Shown here: piece by piece, positions 1-12,097 of the stretch
How the letters are laid out: the number at the start of each line of letters is the position of its first letter
Position numbering within the stretch: the stretch's first letter is position 1
From: Octopus bimaculoides
Lineage: Eukaryota
Direction of reading: 5' to 3'
DNA: 64,000 nt
NCBI RefSeq assembly: GCF_001194135.2
Contig: NC_069007.1
Coordinates: 22,489,650 to 22,553,649 of the forward strand
Notes under the pieces: generated by a model
Told to the model about the DNA's origin: nothing
The model's input: the letters and a program-made list of their open reading frames with translations, nothing else
Database searches by the model: none
Translations under genes and position numbers: made by a program

Positions 1-968
1 CACACGAAATTCTGTCACCACTATCTTGATGCCTGTTTGTCACTGATGTTTGGGTCTTTGCTTGTACTATGTGCTGCCAATTCCCATCTATCTGTTGATA
101 TCTATCTGTCTATGTATATATCTTTCTAATCTCTCTGAATATATATATATATATGATGATGATGATATATATATATCTATATCTATATACACACACACAC
201 ACATACATGTATTTAATCCTGCCTATATATTGATTGATTGAAATAATGTGGTTATTAAACTTTTATTTTTATATTACACTATGGAAGACGGTAGGGATTA
301 TAATTTTTGTTATGACTTAATAGATTTGTTGTTGTTTAGTTACATATTCAGGAGTAGTTGTAATTTACTTATTGAATTTATTTACTGACGCGGTTGTACA
401 TAAAGTAAATGAATTTGAAAGTTGTGGTTTCTTTGGTTTGTTTGTTCCCAAACAATACTTATTTTAGTGCTGTTGACATTGCTGGATTGAATGGTACTGG
501 CCAGGTGTCGAAACCATAATGATATCCGTGAGGCAACTGATGATAGAGGTATGTTTGATTGTTGGTATGGCTGTTTTTATATATGTGGAATAGTATTATA
601 ACAGATCCTTTTGGTATATATATCTTAAATAATCTGGTGGGTGAATCTTGAAGTGGCAGTCAAAATAAATTTCATAACAAATTTAACTCTCCTCTTAGCA
701 TTGAATCACCACCAACCATTATTCTTACTCCTCCTTTAAAATAACAACCCCAAAATTAGCACACACACACACACACACACACACAGAGGCATGCACACAA
801 GCACATGCATCTCTTACATCGTGTGTATGTGTGGCTAATGTAAATATTCTATGTATGTCAATCTTATTAAATATGCATCTGTTACATAAATATGAATGCT
901 AAATTTATAAACTCATGTTTGCTGTATAACTGTACAAGATAATTTATATATATATAGAGAGAGATAAT

Positions 969-999
<31 letters not shown>

Positions 1000-1043
1000 A
1001 AATATATATGTATGTATGTATGTAAAAATATATATATGTATGA

Positions 1044-1085
<42 letters not shown>

Positions 1086-3009
1086 GCACACACACACTAT
1101 TATAGCCTCAGGTCAACCAAAGCTTTGTGAGTGAATTTGATAGTGGGCCATCATGTGTATATGGTGAAAGTGCTTGTGTCTCCTTTGATAGATAGGAGGG
1201 AATATATATAATTAAGTGTATATATATATATATATGTATGTATGTATATTCTTTTATTCTTTCACTAGTATCAGACCTTTTGACAGCAGTCATGCTGGAA
1301 CACCACCTTGAAGTATTTTAGTTCAACAAATCAATTCCAGGACTTATTTTCTAAGCCTAGTATTTATTTTATCAGTCTCTTTTGCTGAACCACTAAGTTA
1401 CGGGGATCTAAACACACCAACACCAGTTGTCAAGCGGATATTGGGGGACAAACACAGACATGAAGACACACACACATAGATATATATGTACATATATATA
1501 TATATATATATCTATATATATATATATATACAATGGGCTTCTTTCAGTTTCTGTCTACCAAATCCCACTCACAAGGCTTTGGTTGGCCCTAGGCTATTGT
1601 AGAAGACACTTTCCCAAGGTGCTACGCAGTGGGACTGAACCTGGAACCATGTGGTTAAGAAGCAAGTTAGAAGTACAGTAAGCTTTGAGGGTAAACTCTT
1701 GATGATGAAATCAATGTTAGAATATCTAAGGCTACAAGTGCGTTTGGAAGACTTTCCCATCATTGAACATGGTGTCAGTCTGAAAACTAATATATACTGC
1801 TCTATATCTTAGTGTGCATCTTAAAGATTTTTTTTTTTTTACAAACGAGAGATATATATATATATATAGAGAGAGAGATGAGACATATGCACACAAACAC
1901 ATGCATACATACATTTAGAGACACATATAATATATATATATATACAAACACATGTATACACACTTTTGAGCGTCTAAACACAGAAAATGTTCTGAAACTC
2001 AAGTAGGTTGTAAATATTGATTGTACTACCGAGATTTACCTCTGTTACTTCACACACACACACACTCATACACATACGCACATATTGACAAGCTGTATAT
2101 ACAAACTCGCACACTTATAGATATGTTTTACACGAAACAAGTCATTGAGGACAGTGACTTGAAGGTTTCATAATCTGCGTGTTTGCGTAAAGGAGCGCTT
2201 ACATAAGATTCGATGCGTGTGTGCATACGCGCTCGTGTGTATATGTATGTGTGTGTGTGTCTATCTACGCGTCCACGTTTGTATATGTGTGTATGTACGC
2301 GCTCATACATGTGTGCGTGTATGTACGCGTTCATGCAGGTTTGTATGTGTGTGTTTGTTCGCGCCCAAGTATGATGTGTGTGTGTGAGAGACATAGAAAG
2401 AGTTTGTGTGTATATGTTCTCGTCCATGTAGGTATGTGAATGAGGAAAAGAGAGAGAGAGAGGGTTTTGTGTGTGTACGCATGCATGCATGTATATGTGT
2501 CTGTGTGTATGCGTGCTGTGTCCTTCTCACTTCCTTCAAACCACCTTTCTGACATTCTTATCGATTATCTTCCACAAGGTTGAAAATACACACATTCATT
2601 AACATACACTCACATATACTCAGTCATCCACATACACACACTCATAGACATTCACACACACCATACAAATATACAGTAACATACACTTACACCCATGTTA
2701 GCTAACTTGGAAGGGTGGAATTGTGAAAGAGCTTGTGGTAACGGTCAGCAATTTAATAAAAGCGCGCTTCGCGTATCCATGCATGCATGTATGTATGTGT
2801 GTGTCTGTATACCTATGTATATGTGTCATTGCGTATGTATGTGTAAGTCGAATTGGCAGCGGCCTTTGCGCGTTGGACAGACTACTTTGCGGTATCCGAC
2901 TTTATGCGCTCTGAGTTCAAATCTGATCGAAGTTAAGTCTACCTTTCAAGCGGAGTTTATTGGCGGTAGTGCTGTTGCATGTGATATGTGTGCACCGTAC
3001 AGGATGGTT

Positions 3010-3051
<42 letters not shown>

Positions 3052-3270
3052 TGAATATGGTACTTAAGTTTAGGCAGCAGAATTTAGTATGGTATTATCC
3101 ATACAGTTTCAAAATAAGGTGATTAAATGCAATGTAAACATTACATCAAATATAAATGTAGAGCAATCTTTAGTTGCCCAAAGATATAGAAATTTACTGA
3201 AATTACATTTGAACAGAAGGACATATTTTTATAATTAAATCTAAACTCTCCAAGTAAAAAGGAGGAATAC

Positions 3271-3342
3271 AAAAAACCATTTTGACTTAGCCAGACCATA
3301 TAGACTAACCTGTTTGATCTGGCTAAGTCAAAATGGTTTTTT
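3271..3342. repeat. Perfect 25-bp inverted repeat with 22-nt spacer
   Basis: aaaaaaccattttgacttagccaga (3271-3295) is the exact reverse complement of 3318-3342. Confidence 0.95.
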
Positions 3343-3559
3343 TGGAAACCGGCTCAGAAGAGGAGAGGACAGAGAGAGAGAGAAAGCGTTTCAGTGGGTA
3401 TGGATAGTTTAGTGTATTTATTCGTGACTTCAGAGTAATCAGACATGTGGCATTTGTTTGGATACAGTCGTCAGTGTCCCATAGTAGATGAATAAGAAGT
3501 CCATTGTGAAGCTCACTTAAGTTTTACAGACGTCTGTAGTCTATGGGAGAATGTAGTCT

Positions 3560-4264
3560 ATGCTAGTAGGGAAGAAGAAACCGAAACTTTGAAGTGGTGC
3601 CGAGGATCTTTCGTTATATATAATGGAGGGCTTCGAAGTAAAAGGGAAACATCCGTCCAATCATTACCCATTAAACTACAACTTGCAGTTCCTGGATGTT
3701 ACATAAAAATAATAAAATTGATGTGGAGTTTTATCAAAACGTAAACATCGCACCATGAATGGAACGTCAGTTTCTTCTCAACTGACGCAAGAAGGGTTTG
3801 ACAATTGTTTTCCTTTCACTTTCTTTTGCGTATGGAAGGGGAAACACACGACCCCTTTTTTATAGCGCCTCCGAGAGACTGGTGGGAGGTAGAAAAGTTT
3901 CTTTAAATTGGAGATCTAGTTCAGATGTTTGCAACAGAAAGGACTCCGCTGAAGGCATCCAAGATAGTGGTGCAAAACGCGAACGAAGTGTGTGTACCGC
4001 TTTGGAAAGATCTCCTACGCAGTCTTCGCTAGAGAGACGTGTTTATGTATGTAGTATAAGGTATGTGCGCGCGCACAAAAGGTGCTGTTGTAGTGGTAGG
4101 GGTGGTTGTTGCGTTTCGGAGGGTGGGGGTGGGGGCTATAATTGTGTGTTCGACTGACGTCTATGTTCTGTGAGTGGTCGCTAGCTGCGCGTGGTGAGTT
4201 GGATCCAGTCTCTCTTAAAAGCTCCCCCCGCAGCCCATTACGGTGCTTTGTTCCAATGACAGTG
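3560..4264 (+). promoter_or_regulatory. Likely CS promoter/5' UTR region
   Basis: Repeat-free, CpG-enriched stretch directly upstream of the ATG. CRE/ATF-like motifs TGACGCAA (3783-3790) and TGACGTCT (4155-4162). TSS not determinable from sequence. Confidence 0.55.
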
Positions 4265-4312
4265 ATGTCACGCTTTCTTGCCGGCCAGATTTTCTCTCGT
4301 TTTATGAGAAAG
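4265..4312 (+). CDS. CS: Citrate synthase exon 1 (MSRFLAGQIFSRFMRK), presequence part 1
   Basis: ATG with G at -3, Arg-rich and acid-free peptide, phase-0 donor AAG|GTAAAA that joins exon 2. In-frame upstream ATG at 4256. Confidence 0.8.
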
Positions 4313-5864
4313 GTAAAATGTCTTTTTTTTTTTGCCATTTTTTAAATTCCTCTTTCCTATTTTTTAATGTTCTTTTTCTTCACTGTTTGTAAAATAAGTA
4401 TCCCTGAAGTATATCTCCTTTTAGTTGTGTGTGTGTCTACGGATGCATCGATGTGTAGTGTCTAAGAAGAATCTTTAGTGTGCTTCTTCACATTTCAAGT
4501 TGATCGATAGATCGACGCATGCATGTATATATAAATATGTGTGTGTATATGTATGAGTATATATGTATGTGTGTGCGTGTATAAAACTGGATAAACGAAG
4601 AAAAAAATAGTGAATGTAATTTGCAATAATAGAGAAGAGAAAAGCTCGGTAGATGGAGAGACGAAAAAAGTTACACACACACACACACATATATATATAT
4701 AAACGAGATAGAAATAATGTAGGAGTATCGATAAGGATATGAAGCGGGTGGATAGATGATGGTGAATTAAAAGATGGATTGATAAGGATAGAGGTTTTAT
4801 CAGAGGAAAGAATCGGTGCAGCGAGACAGAAATTCTTAGCGGCATTTCTTCTTCCATTAGATTCTCGAGTTCAAATTCCGCTGAGGTCAACTTTGGGAGT
4901 CGAAGTAACCGTTTTCCCCTAAAAAAAATGCTTGTCTTGTGCCTAAATTAGAAGCAATTGTTGGCAGAGGGAAAGAATACGTACATCATCCCTTTTCGGC
5001 GTAACAAAAACCCTAAACACCGCCGGGTGTTGCGTATTCCTTACTTTCGCCCAATTATTTATTCGTTGAAAATACGGGAGTTTGGAAGTGTTCAATTTCG
5101 TGTTGAAGTATTTTTACTAAACTTGCAAGCAATCGGTCCTTGGAATAGCTCATGTAGCTTTTCAATTTAAATACATGCAGTCCAACCGCGACCATCCCAG
5201 CAGCGGTAGTGTGGTTTGAGGGAACTTGGTTAATATTACTAGCAATTTTTGCATGTGTGGTATAGATAGACTATTAGGTAGATAAACTGAAATAGTGGTA
5301 TTGATGATAGACAAAGGGTGTGTGAATATAACTACACGAATGTATGTATGATATGTGTAAGATATATGTGCCTGTATATAAATTGAAGGATGTCTAGATA
5401 GACAAGACACGGTGAGGGTGAAAGTGTTATTGATAGAATGCTGGGTATATAGACAAAAGGTGAGACAGTGGTATGTATAGATAGATAGTATTGATTGATA
5501 GATAGGTTAATAGAGAGAGTGGGTAACAGGCAGTGATGATATGTGAATATGTGAAAGTTTCTATAAAAAGAATCTAACCCGTCTAGTTGTCTTTTCTTTC
5601 AGATGTATATTTCGAGATCTGCCGTTCTCTAGGTTTGGATCTATGCGTGCGCGCGCATGTGTGTGTGTGTGTGTGTGTGTGTGAAATGTATTAATCCTAA
5701 GGTCTCAACTTTCTCTCTAATCTTGTATGATCGACAACAACTAAAATCCAGTTTCTGTTTCGCTCATCCTTGAATATGTTGAAAGGCATTCCATCCATGA
5801 CTGCCCTGTCTCAATAGATTGGATTGCGATATGCCATGTAATCTCTGTTTTACGGTAGGTTAAA

Positions 5865-5905
<41 letters not shown>

Positions 5906-6133
5906 AATTAATTTGAAAAGCTGTAGATAAAACAACTTGTAAAAATCACTGCATCACCGAAAAATTATAATCAATATTTATTTTTTAAATATAGAAATAA
6001 AGACGNNNNNNNNNNNNNNNNNNNNNNNNNNNNNNNNNNNNNNNNNNNNNNNNNNNNNNNNNNNNNNNNNNNNNNNNNNNNNNNNNNNNNNNNNNNNATA
6101 TATATATATATATATATATATATTAACTACCTC

Positions 6134-6286
6134 GGTACTACTAAAGCAGCGCGGACCCGAACGCGCAATCGCGCATCCGCGTTAGCTAGTCTTGAGTGGT
6201 CGATCCTAACCCTATCCCTAACCCGCGTGTGCAAATGAATATGTGTTTAGGGTTAGGGTTAGGGTCCGCGTGGCTTTAGTAGTACC
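6134..6286. mobile_element. Non-autonomous palindromic DNA transposon (Merlin/MULE-like MITE), internally deleted copy
   Basis: TIR GGTACTACTAAAGC...GCTTTAGTAGTACC, perfect 9-bp TSD AACTACCTC, internal (TTAGGG)3. Confidence 0.85.
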
Positions 6287-6321
6287 AACTACCTCTTTAT
6301 AAATGTATGTACCCCACCCTC

Positions 6322-6580
6322 AGGTGCAGGCATGGCTGTGTGGTAAGAATCTTGCTTCCCAATCACATGGTTCCGGGTTCAGTCCCACTGCGTGGCATCT
6401 CCGGCAAGTGTCTTCTACTATAGCCTCGGGCCGACCAAAACGTGAATGAATTTGGTAGACGGAAACTGAAAGAAGCCCGTTGTATATATATAGATATACA
6501 CATGTGTATATGTATATATTTGTGTGTGTCTGTCCCCCCCCCCGCCCACCGACGCTTGACGTTTATATCCCCGTAACTTC
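6322..6580 (+). mobile_element. tRNA-derived CORE-type SINE (representative); other copies include 1250-1667(-), 17982-18400(+), 20270-20605(-), 23385-23740(+), 28470-28805(-), 32345-32505(+), 33780-33945(-), 43790-43950(+), 45455-45810(-), 46845-47090(-)
   Basis: A-box/B-box head (TGGCTGTGTGG...GGTTCAGTCCC) followed by MIR-core-like GGCACCTTGGGCAAGTG. Resembles the octopus OR-type SINEs (recalled, not searched). Confidence 0.85.
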
Positions 6581-7490
6581 GCGTAAGAATGGCCATTGTA
6601 AAGCTGATAAAACTNNNNNNNNNNNNNNNNNNNNNNNNNNNNNNNNNNNNNNNNNNNNNNNNNNNNNNNNNNNNNNNNNNNNNNNNNNNNNNNNNNNNNN
6701 NNNNNNNNNNNNNNNNNNNNNNNNNNNNNNNNNNNNNNNNNNNNNNNNNNNNNNNNNNNNNNNNNNNNNNNNNNNNNNNNNNNNNNNNNNNNNNNNNNNN
6801 NNNNNNNNNNNNNNNNNNNNNNNNNNNNNNNNNNNNNNNNNNNNNNNNNNNNNNNNNNNNNNNNNNNNNNNNNNNNNNNNNNNNNNNNNNNNNNNNNNNN
6901 NNNNNNNNNNNNNNNNNNNNNNNNNNNNNNNNNNNNNNNNNNNNNNNNNNNNNNNNNNNNNNNNNNNNNNNNNNNNNNNNNNNNNNNNNNNNNNNNNNNN
7001 NNNNNNNNNNNNNNNNNNNNNNNNNNNNNNNNNNNNNNNNNNNNNNNNNNNNNNNNNNNNNNNNNNNNNNNNNNNNNNNNNNNNNNNNNNNNNNNNNNNN
7101 NNNNNNNNNNNNNNNNNNNNNNNNNNNNNNNNNNNNNNNNNNNNNNNNNNNNNNNNNNNNNNNNNNNNNNNNNNNNNNNNNNNNNNNNNNNNNNNNNNNN
7201 NNNNNNNNNNNNNNNNNNNNNNNNNNNNNNNNNNNNNNNNNNNNNNNNNNNNNNNNNNNNNNNNNNNNNNNNNNNNNNNNNNNNNNNNNNNNNNNNNNNN
7301 NNNNNNNNNNNNNNNNNNNNNNNNNNNNNNNNNNNNNNNNNNNNNNNNNNNNNNNNNNNNNNNNNNNNNNNNNNNNNNNNNNNNNNNNNNNNNNNNNNNN
7401 NNNNNNNNNNNNNNNNNNNNNNNNNNNNNNNNNNNNNNNNNNNNNNNNNNNNNNNNNNNNNNNNNNNNNNNNNNNNNNNNNNNNNNNNNN

Positions 7491-7524
<34 letters not shown>

Positions 7525-7913
7525 GTGTATATATAATGTGTGTGTATATATATATATATATATTATGAGGGATACAGAGTGGGGTAGGTGGCTCGGTAAA
7601 ATATGTAAAGTAGAGAGGGGATAGATGAGAGAACGAGAAGGTGAAACAGACTGTTGAGAAGTAGATGAAATGGATAGAGGTTACTCAGCTTACGTAAATG
7701 TTCTTGATCAAACAAAAGACATACATATATACACGAAGTCTGGAACTAAGGTTGCCCGAAAAGCGTGTGTGTGGGAAGTATTTATAACATGTTATTGCTC
7801 CAAACGTGCTGTTTTCTCTTATAAAGCTATTTACTTTGTCCAAAAGAAATGGTTTTGTCGAAATTAATTATATATATTTATACACACACACACATCTATA
7901 AGTTTCTTTCCTG

Positions 7914-8013
<100 letters not shown>

Positions 8014-8029
8014 TACACACACACACATA

Positions 8030-8274
8030 CATTTAATACCTTGCCAAAACATCCGAGGGGTCTACATGGGGTAGGGATGAATGTTTTTCAAGAAACAACT
8101 CGACCTCCTGCTGTCCAAGGTCCCAGATGAATTCACACCAAGAAACTCAAACGAGGGCAGCGATATTGAATTCCCTCCTTCTCCAAAAGGCAATCGCGTA
8201 AGAATGGCCCTTGTAAAGGCGATAACACTGGCAATACCCCAGCCTATCCAGAACCTTTAGGCTGAAACGAATAA

Positions 8275-8278
<4 letters not shown>
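8030..8278 (+). mobile_element. CR1-like LINE 3' fragment
   Basis: Frameshifted [28 protein letters not shown] resembles the CR1/L2 ORF2 C-terminal FKxxLDxFLxxIPD motif. The tail motif recurs at about 6580-6614. Confidence 0.6.
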
Positions 8279-8305
<27 letters not shown>

Positions 8306-9242
8306 TACGTGGGGTATCGATGTTTGTTGGTAGCGGTTGAGACGAACTGTTAAATTTATTTGTGAGTTAATTATTTGATAGATCGATAGACATTGGGAAG
8401 CACGAGATTTTTCAGGACTAATGTTTGCTGGTTGCTTGTAGACCTACTTCACGTTTTCCACTCATCGGTCTGTCTCTTTTTCTCGCACGCAAATACACAT
8501 ATACTTTCTTTCAGTGTTAATCAACTGATTGATCTGGTTAAAAATTAATAATTACGAGGCAGCTGTTTTCCACTTTCTCTGAGGCATTAAGCTATTTCAT
8601 TTGCCATTAATGACCTTGAGGAAAATAATATTCTATATTCATTTACCTCCATTCACTTAACAATTGGTTCTCCCCATTTTAAGTATAAAGAACCCAGACT
8701 CTGCAAGTCTCGACTTGTTCATCCAGATTTGGTTATTTCATTCAATTTATTTCGGCAAATTCACGAAGACAATTTTGAAGGGTTACTACCTTTAATAAAT
8801 GGCTGTGGTTAGTTAAGTTCATTTCATAATCACGTGGCTTGCTTCTAAATTTGATCTCATTACGCGGGAATATCCTTTTCTACAGGCACAGGTCGACTCA
8901 ACAAGCATTATCTTAGAGCGAAATTTCTATTAGCTCCAGGTCTTTCTAACTGAGCATGCCTATAATCAAAGGCTTCTTTCTTTTTCCTTTTTAAACAGTG
9001 GTTGAATGTGATTTAGGGCAGTTTGGCTTCTATTTCTAACAGGTCGAACGACCGTCTCGAGGCTTCCTCGTTGGCATTTTTGTTGTTAGTAAGGGCGTGG
9101 CTAGTTTAGCAGACTTAATTCTTCACTCGATCTAACACTACCTTCTGGCTCCAGTATTAGGAATGAGATTTCTGTCCGAGGAAACTCGGAGCATTCGCAA
9201 AGGTCACGGGTATTCCTCCTCTATATCTCCTTCCCGCCATAG

Positions 9243-9280
<38 letters not shown>

Positions 9281-10357
9281 ATGTTCTTTGTAGCTGTGGT
9301 TCCCCTCTTCTCTCTCTTGATTTCTTAGTTTTCTTCATTGATTAGGTTTGGTTAGTATGAATTTATAAACAGTGAACAGGCTGCTGCTTTCATATTATTT
9401 ATATCTATATTTGCCTGTGTGTACAGGAAGAAATAAACCTCATGGTTTGCTTATCTAAAGTTACGGCAATTGTCACTGTGATGTATTATTGCAGGTAATA
9501 CTGTTAAATTAAGTGGACTAACTAATCAATTAATTGATCCATGAAGTTAGTGGATTAATTTAATGTAGTTAATGCTGAAATACCGGTGAGAAAATAGCTT
9601 CATCTTTGCCTAGAATATTTAACATCCTTTCATCTTGTTAAGTTAGCTAACTTTCATCTCATGTCAGTTTTTCATCTCTCGCCCACGCTTAACATTTTTA
9701 CTCTCTCTCTCTATATATATGTATTGTTTCTTCCATTTTTACATAGTTTTCCCTTCTCCTTGTCTCTCCCTCTTCCTCACGTTTCGTTTGCTTTATTATA
9801 GTCATTACTCTTTTGTACGGATGTCATATATATTATAGTTGTAGACACACACACATTGGCTACAATGAACAAAAAAGTACTCTCTCTCTCTTAAGCATGT
9901 TAAGTAATAATTAATTTAATGACCTTAGGAAATGTTCGAAAACATGAAGATTACGTGTAGACTTGGTGTATGTGCGTGTGTGTATCTTGTCTGTGAATTT
10001 CACCTTCCTCTTGCAAGGATATTCAACTTCGGTGGCGGGATTTGTAGGAGTGAATTAAATAGACTGGTGATAATGTATCAAGGCAGTACTCTACATTTTC
10101 TTTTTGTATTCACGGAGGCGGTACTCCACTTTTTATGTGTGTGTACACACACACACACACACACACAAGCACTCACATAGCATACATACATGTACATACA
10201 CTTTACCTATATTTAAACCTCACTCTAGATTGAATGTATATAAATGTCTAGTACATATATGTCAGTAAAAATCTCTCGGGCTGGTTCTATACCGTGTGTG
10301 TGTAGCTTACATAATTATTCTATGCATGTTACTCTTTCAAAACACGCAGCTCTTACG

Positions 10358-10556
10358 GGTACTACTAAAGCAGCGCGGACCCGAACGCGCAGTCGCGCGT
10401 CCGCGCTAGCTAGTCTTGAGTGGTCGATCCTAACCCTAACCCTAACCCTATCCCTAACCCGCGTGTGCAAATGAATACGTGTTTAGGGTTAGGATCGACC
10501 ACTCACGACTAGCTAGCGCGACTACGCGTTCGGGTCCGCGCTGCTTTAGTAGTACC
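10358..10556. mobile_element. Non-autonomous palindromic DNA transposon (Merlin/MULE-like MITE), fuller copy
   Basis: About 75-bp TIRs, perfect 9-bp TSD GCTCTTACG, internal CCTAAC repeats. Same family as 6134-6286. Confidence 0.9.
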
Positions 10557-11089
10557 GCTCTTACGGACATGTGAATACTAAATTTGTATCTAGCCATGTT
10601 ATATAACTCGTGGATAATTTGTGCGTATATGTGTGTACTTTATGTAGATGTTTATAATTGGATAGGCTTATGCATATATGTGTGTATCCACATACGCATA
10701 CTCAGCGATTTCAATCGCACACTAATATGGAAAAACTGACACTGGTAATTTCCAGACAAATAAGTAGCCCCCCTCCCACTTTGGATTCCTGTTTTCGACA
10801 GGGAAAGTTCCAAATTTAGAAAGTTATTTTGATTTTAACGTTTTTACGAGGAAAAGAAGAAAAGAAATAGAGTTTCTGGTTAGCTCTCACTATCGACAAG
10901 GAATTAGGAAGATTCAAAAAAAAAAAAAAAATTCCTGTTTTGTACAACCACGCAAGAAAGGTTGTGCGGTAAGAAGTTTGCTTGCCAGCCACATGGTTCC
11001 GGATTCAGTGTCACTGCGTGGCATCTTGGGCAAGTGTCTTCTGCAATCTCGAGCTGTTATATGTATGTAAATATAATATGTGACAATTA

Positions 11090-11357
11090 TTCGGCAGCCA
11101 TGATAAAACTCCGAGTTTCGGATGTCGGGGGTGGGGGGACCTACGCCGGCATCTCTTCAGTTAATGGCCCGATAGCTGAAGAGATCGCTAAGCACTACAC
11201 ACATTTTTTCTCTCCTTGTTTCTTTCTGTGTTCCTTTCTGGTGAAGAGCGTAAGCTTGAAACGTTAAAGACTTTTCAATTCCCGAGAGTTATACTAACAC
11301 ATCTATGTGTTTTCTACACCACCTGTCTTAGTCTGTTGTTTTTTTTGTGAATTCTCC
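11090..11357 (+). mobile_element. Penelope-like element terminal (pseudo-LTR) fragment with minimal hammerhead motif
   Basis: CTGGTGA-A-GAGC-GTAA-GCTT-GAAACGTT flanked by CTTT/AAAG, the pattern typical of PLE ends. Runs into a gap. Confidence 0.5.
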
Positions 11358-11548
11358 CNNNNNNNNNNNNNNNNNNNNNNNNNNNNNNNNNNNNNNNNNN
11401 NNNNNNNNNNNNNNNNNNNNNNNNNNNNNNNNNNNNNNNNNNNNNNNNNNNNNNNNNNNNNNNNNNNNNNNNNNNNNNNNNNNNNNNNNNNNNNNNNNNN
11501 NNNNNNNNNNNNNNNNNNNNNNNNNNNNNNNNNNNNNNNNNNNNNNNN

Positions 11549-12057
11549 CTTGGCAGACACACGTCTCACCCAAATCTTCAGTTGATAATAGACTGAAGTA
11601 GACCATAACTAATCTGCACATCCTCTGATAATTCATGGACGGTGATTCGACAGTTTCCCCTCACAGTCGCACACACATCTGCCATGTTTTTATCAGCTCT
11701 GCAGGTTGTGGGTCTCGCAAAACGTTTGTCAATATCGACATTTTTGCAGCTATCTTGGAAATGTTTGAACCACTCGTCCGCTTATGTACGGCTCATACAT
11801 TCCTCTTCATACACTTTCTGCAACTTTGCATAGGCCTCTGAGCAGGTATTGCCATGACAATGTTCTCTGTCATGGTCAATGCAATGATCACACAGTGCAC
11901 CACACCTCCCCTCCAAGCAGAAGTGAGGTAGTACGTTAAAACTTAGTGTGCATATGCACAGCAGAGTTCAAGGTCAATCTTTGCCAAGTGGTTTCACTCT
12001 GATTGTTTTAGCTTTATCACTATGGCAACAGTCCGGATATTTATTGATCAGACCTCG
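11549..12057 (-). mobile_element. Mariner transposon relic, 5' half (subfamily A)
   Basis: TIR TA|CGAGGTCTGATCAATAAATATCCGG. Decayed HTH region: SEAYAKLQKVY..EWFKHF..RPTT..RITVHEL..TEDLG-MRRVSAK. Confidence 0.85.
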
Positions 12058-12097
12058 TATATATACACATATATACACACACACACACACACACATA

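Noticed and set aside
505-555. CGAAAC ... CTGATGA hammerhead-like words near the window start
   Set aside because: The flanking helices do not pair in any hammerhead topology. The region may be a decayed Penelope fragment, but I could not support it.
4064-4077. Palindrome TGTGCGCGCGCACA as an NRF-1 site for a nuclear-encoded mitochondrial gene
   Set aside because: It lacks the 2-nt spacer of the GCGCnnGCGC consensus and can arise from a CG/TG microsatellite.
6247-6264. (TTAGGG)3 as an interstitial telomere
   Set aside because: It lies inside a TSD-flanked MITE, so it is transposon-borne and not a chromosome-fusion relic.
9427-9494. 68-nt AG/GT-bounded open segment in intron 1
   Set aside because: Frameshifting, no homology, and expected by chance in a 28-kb intron.
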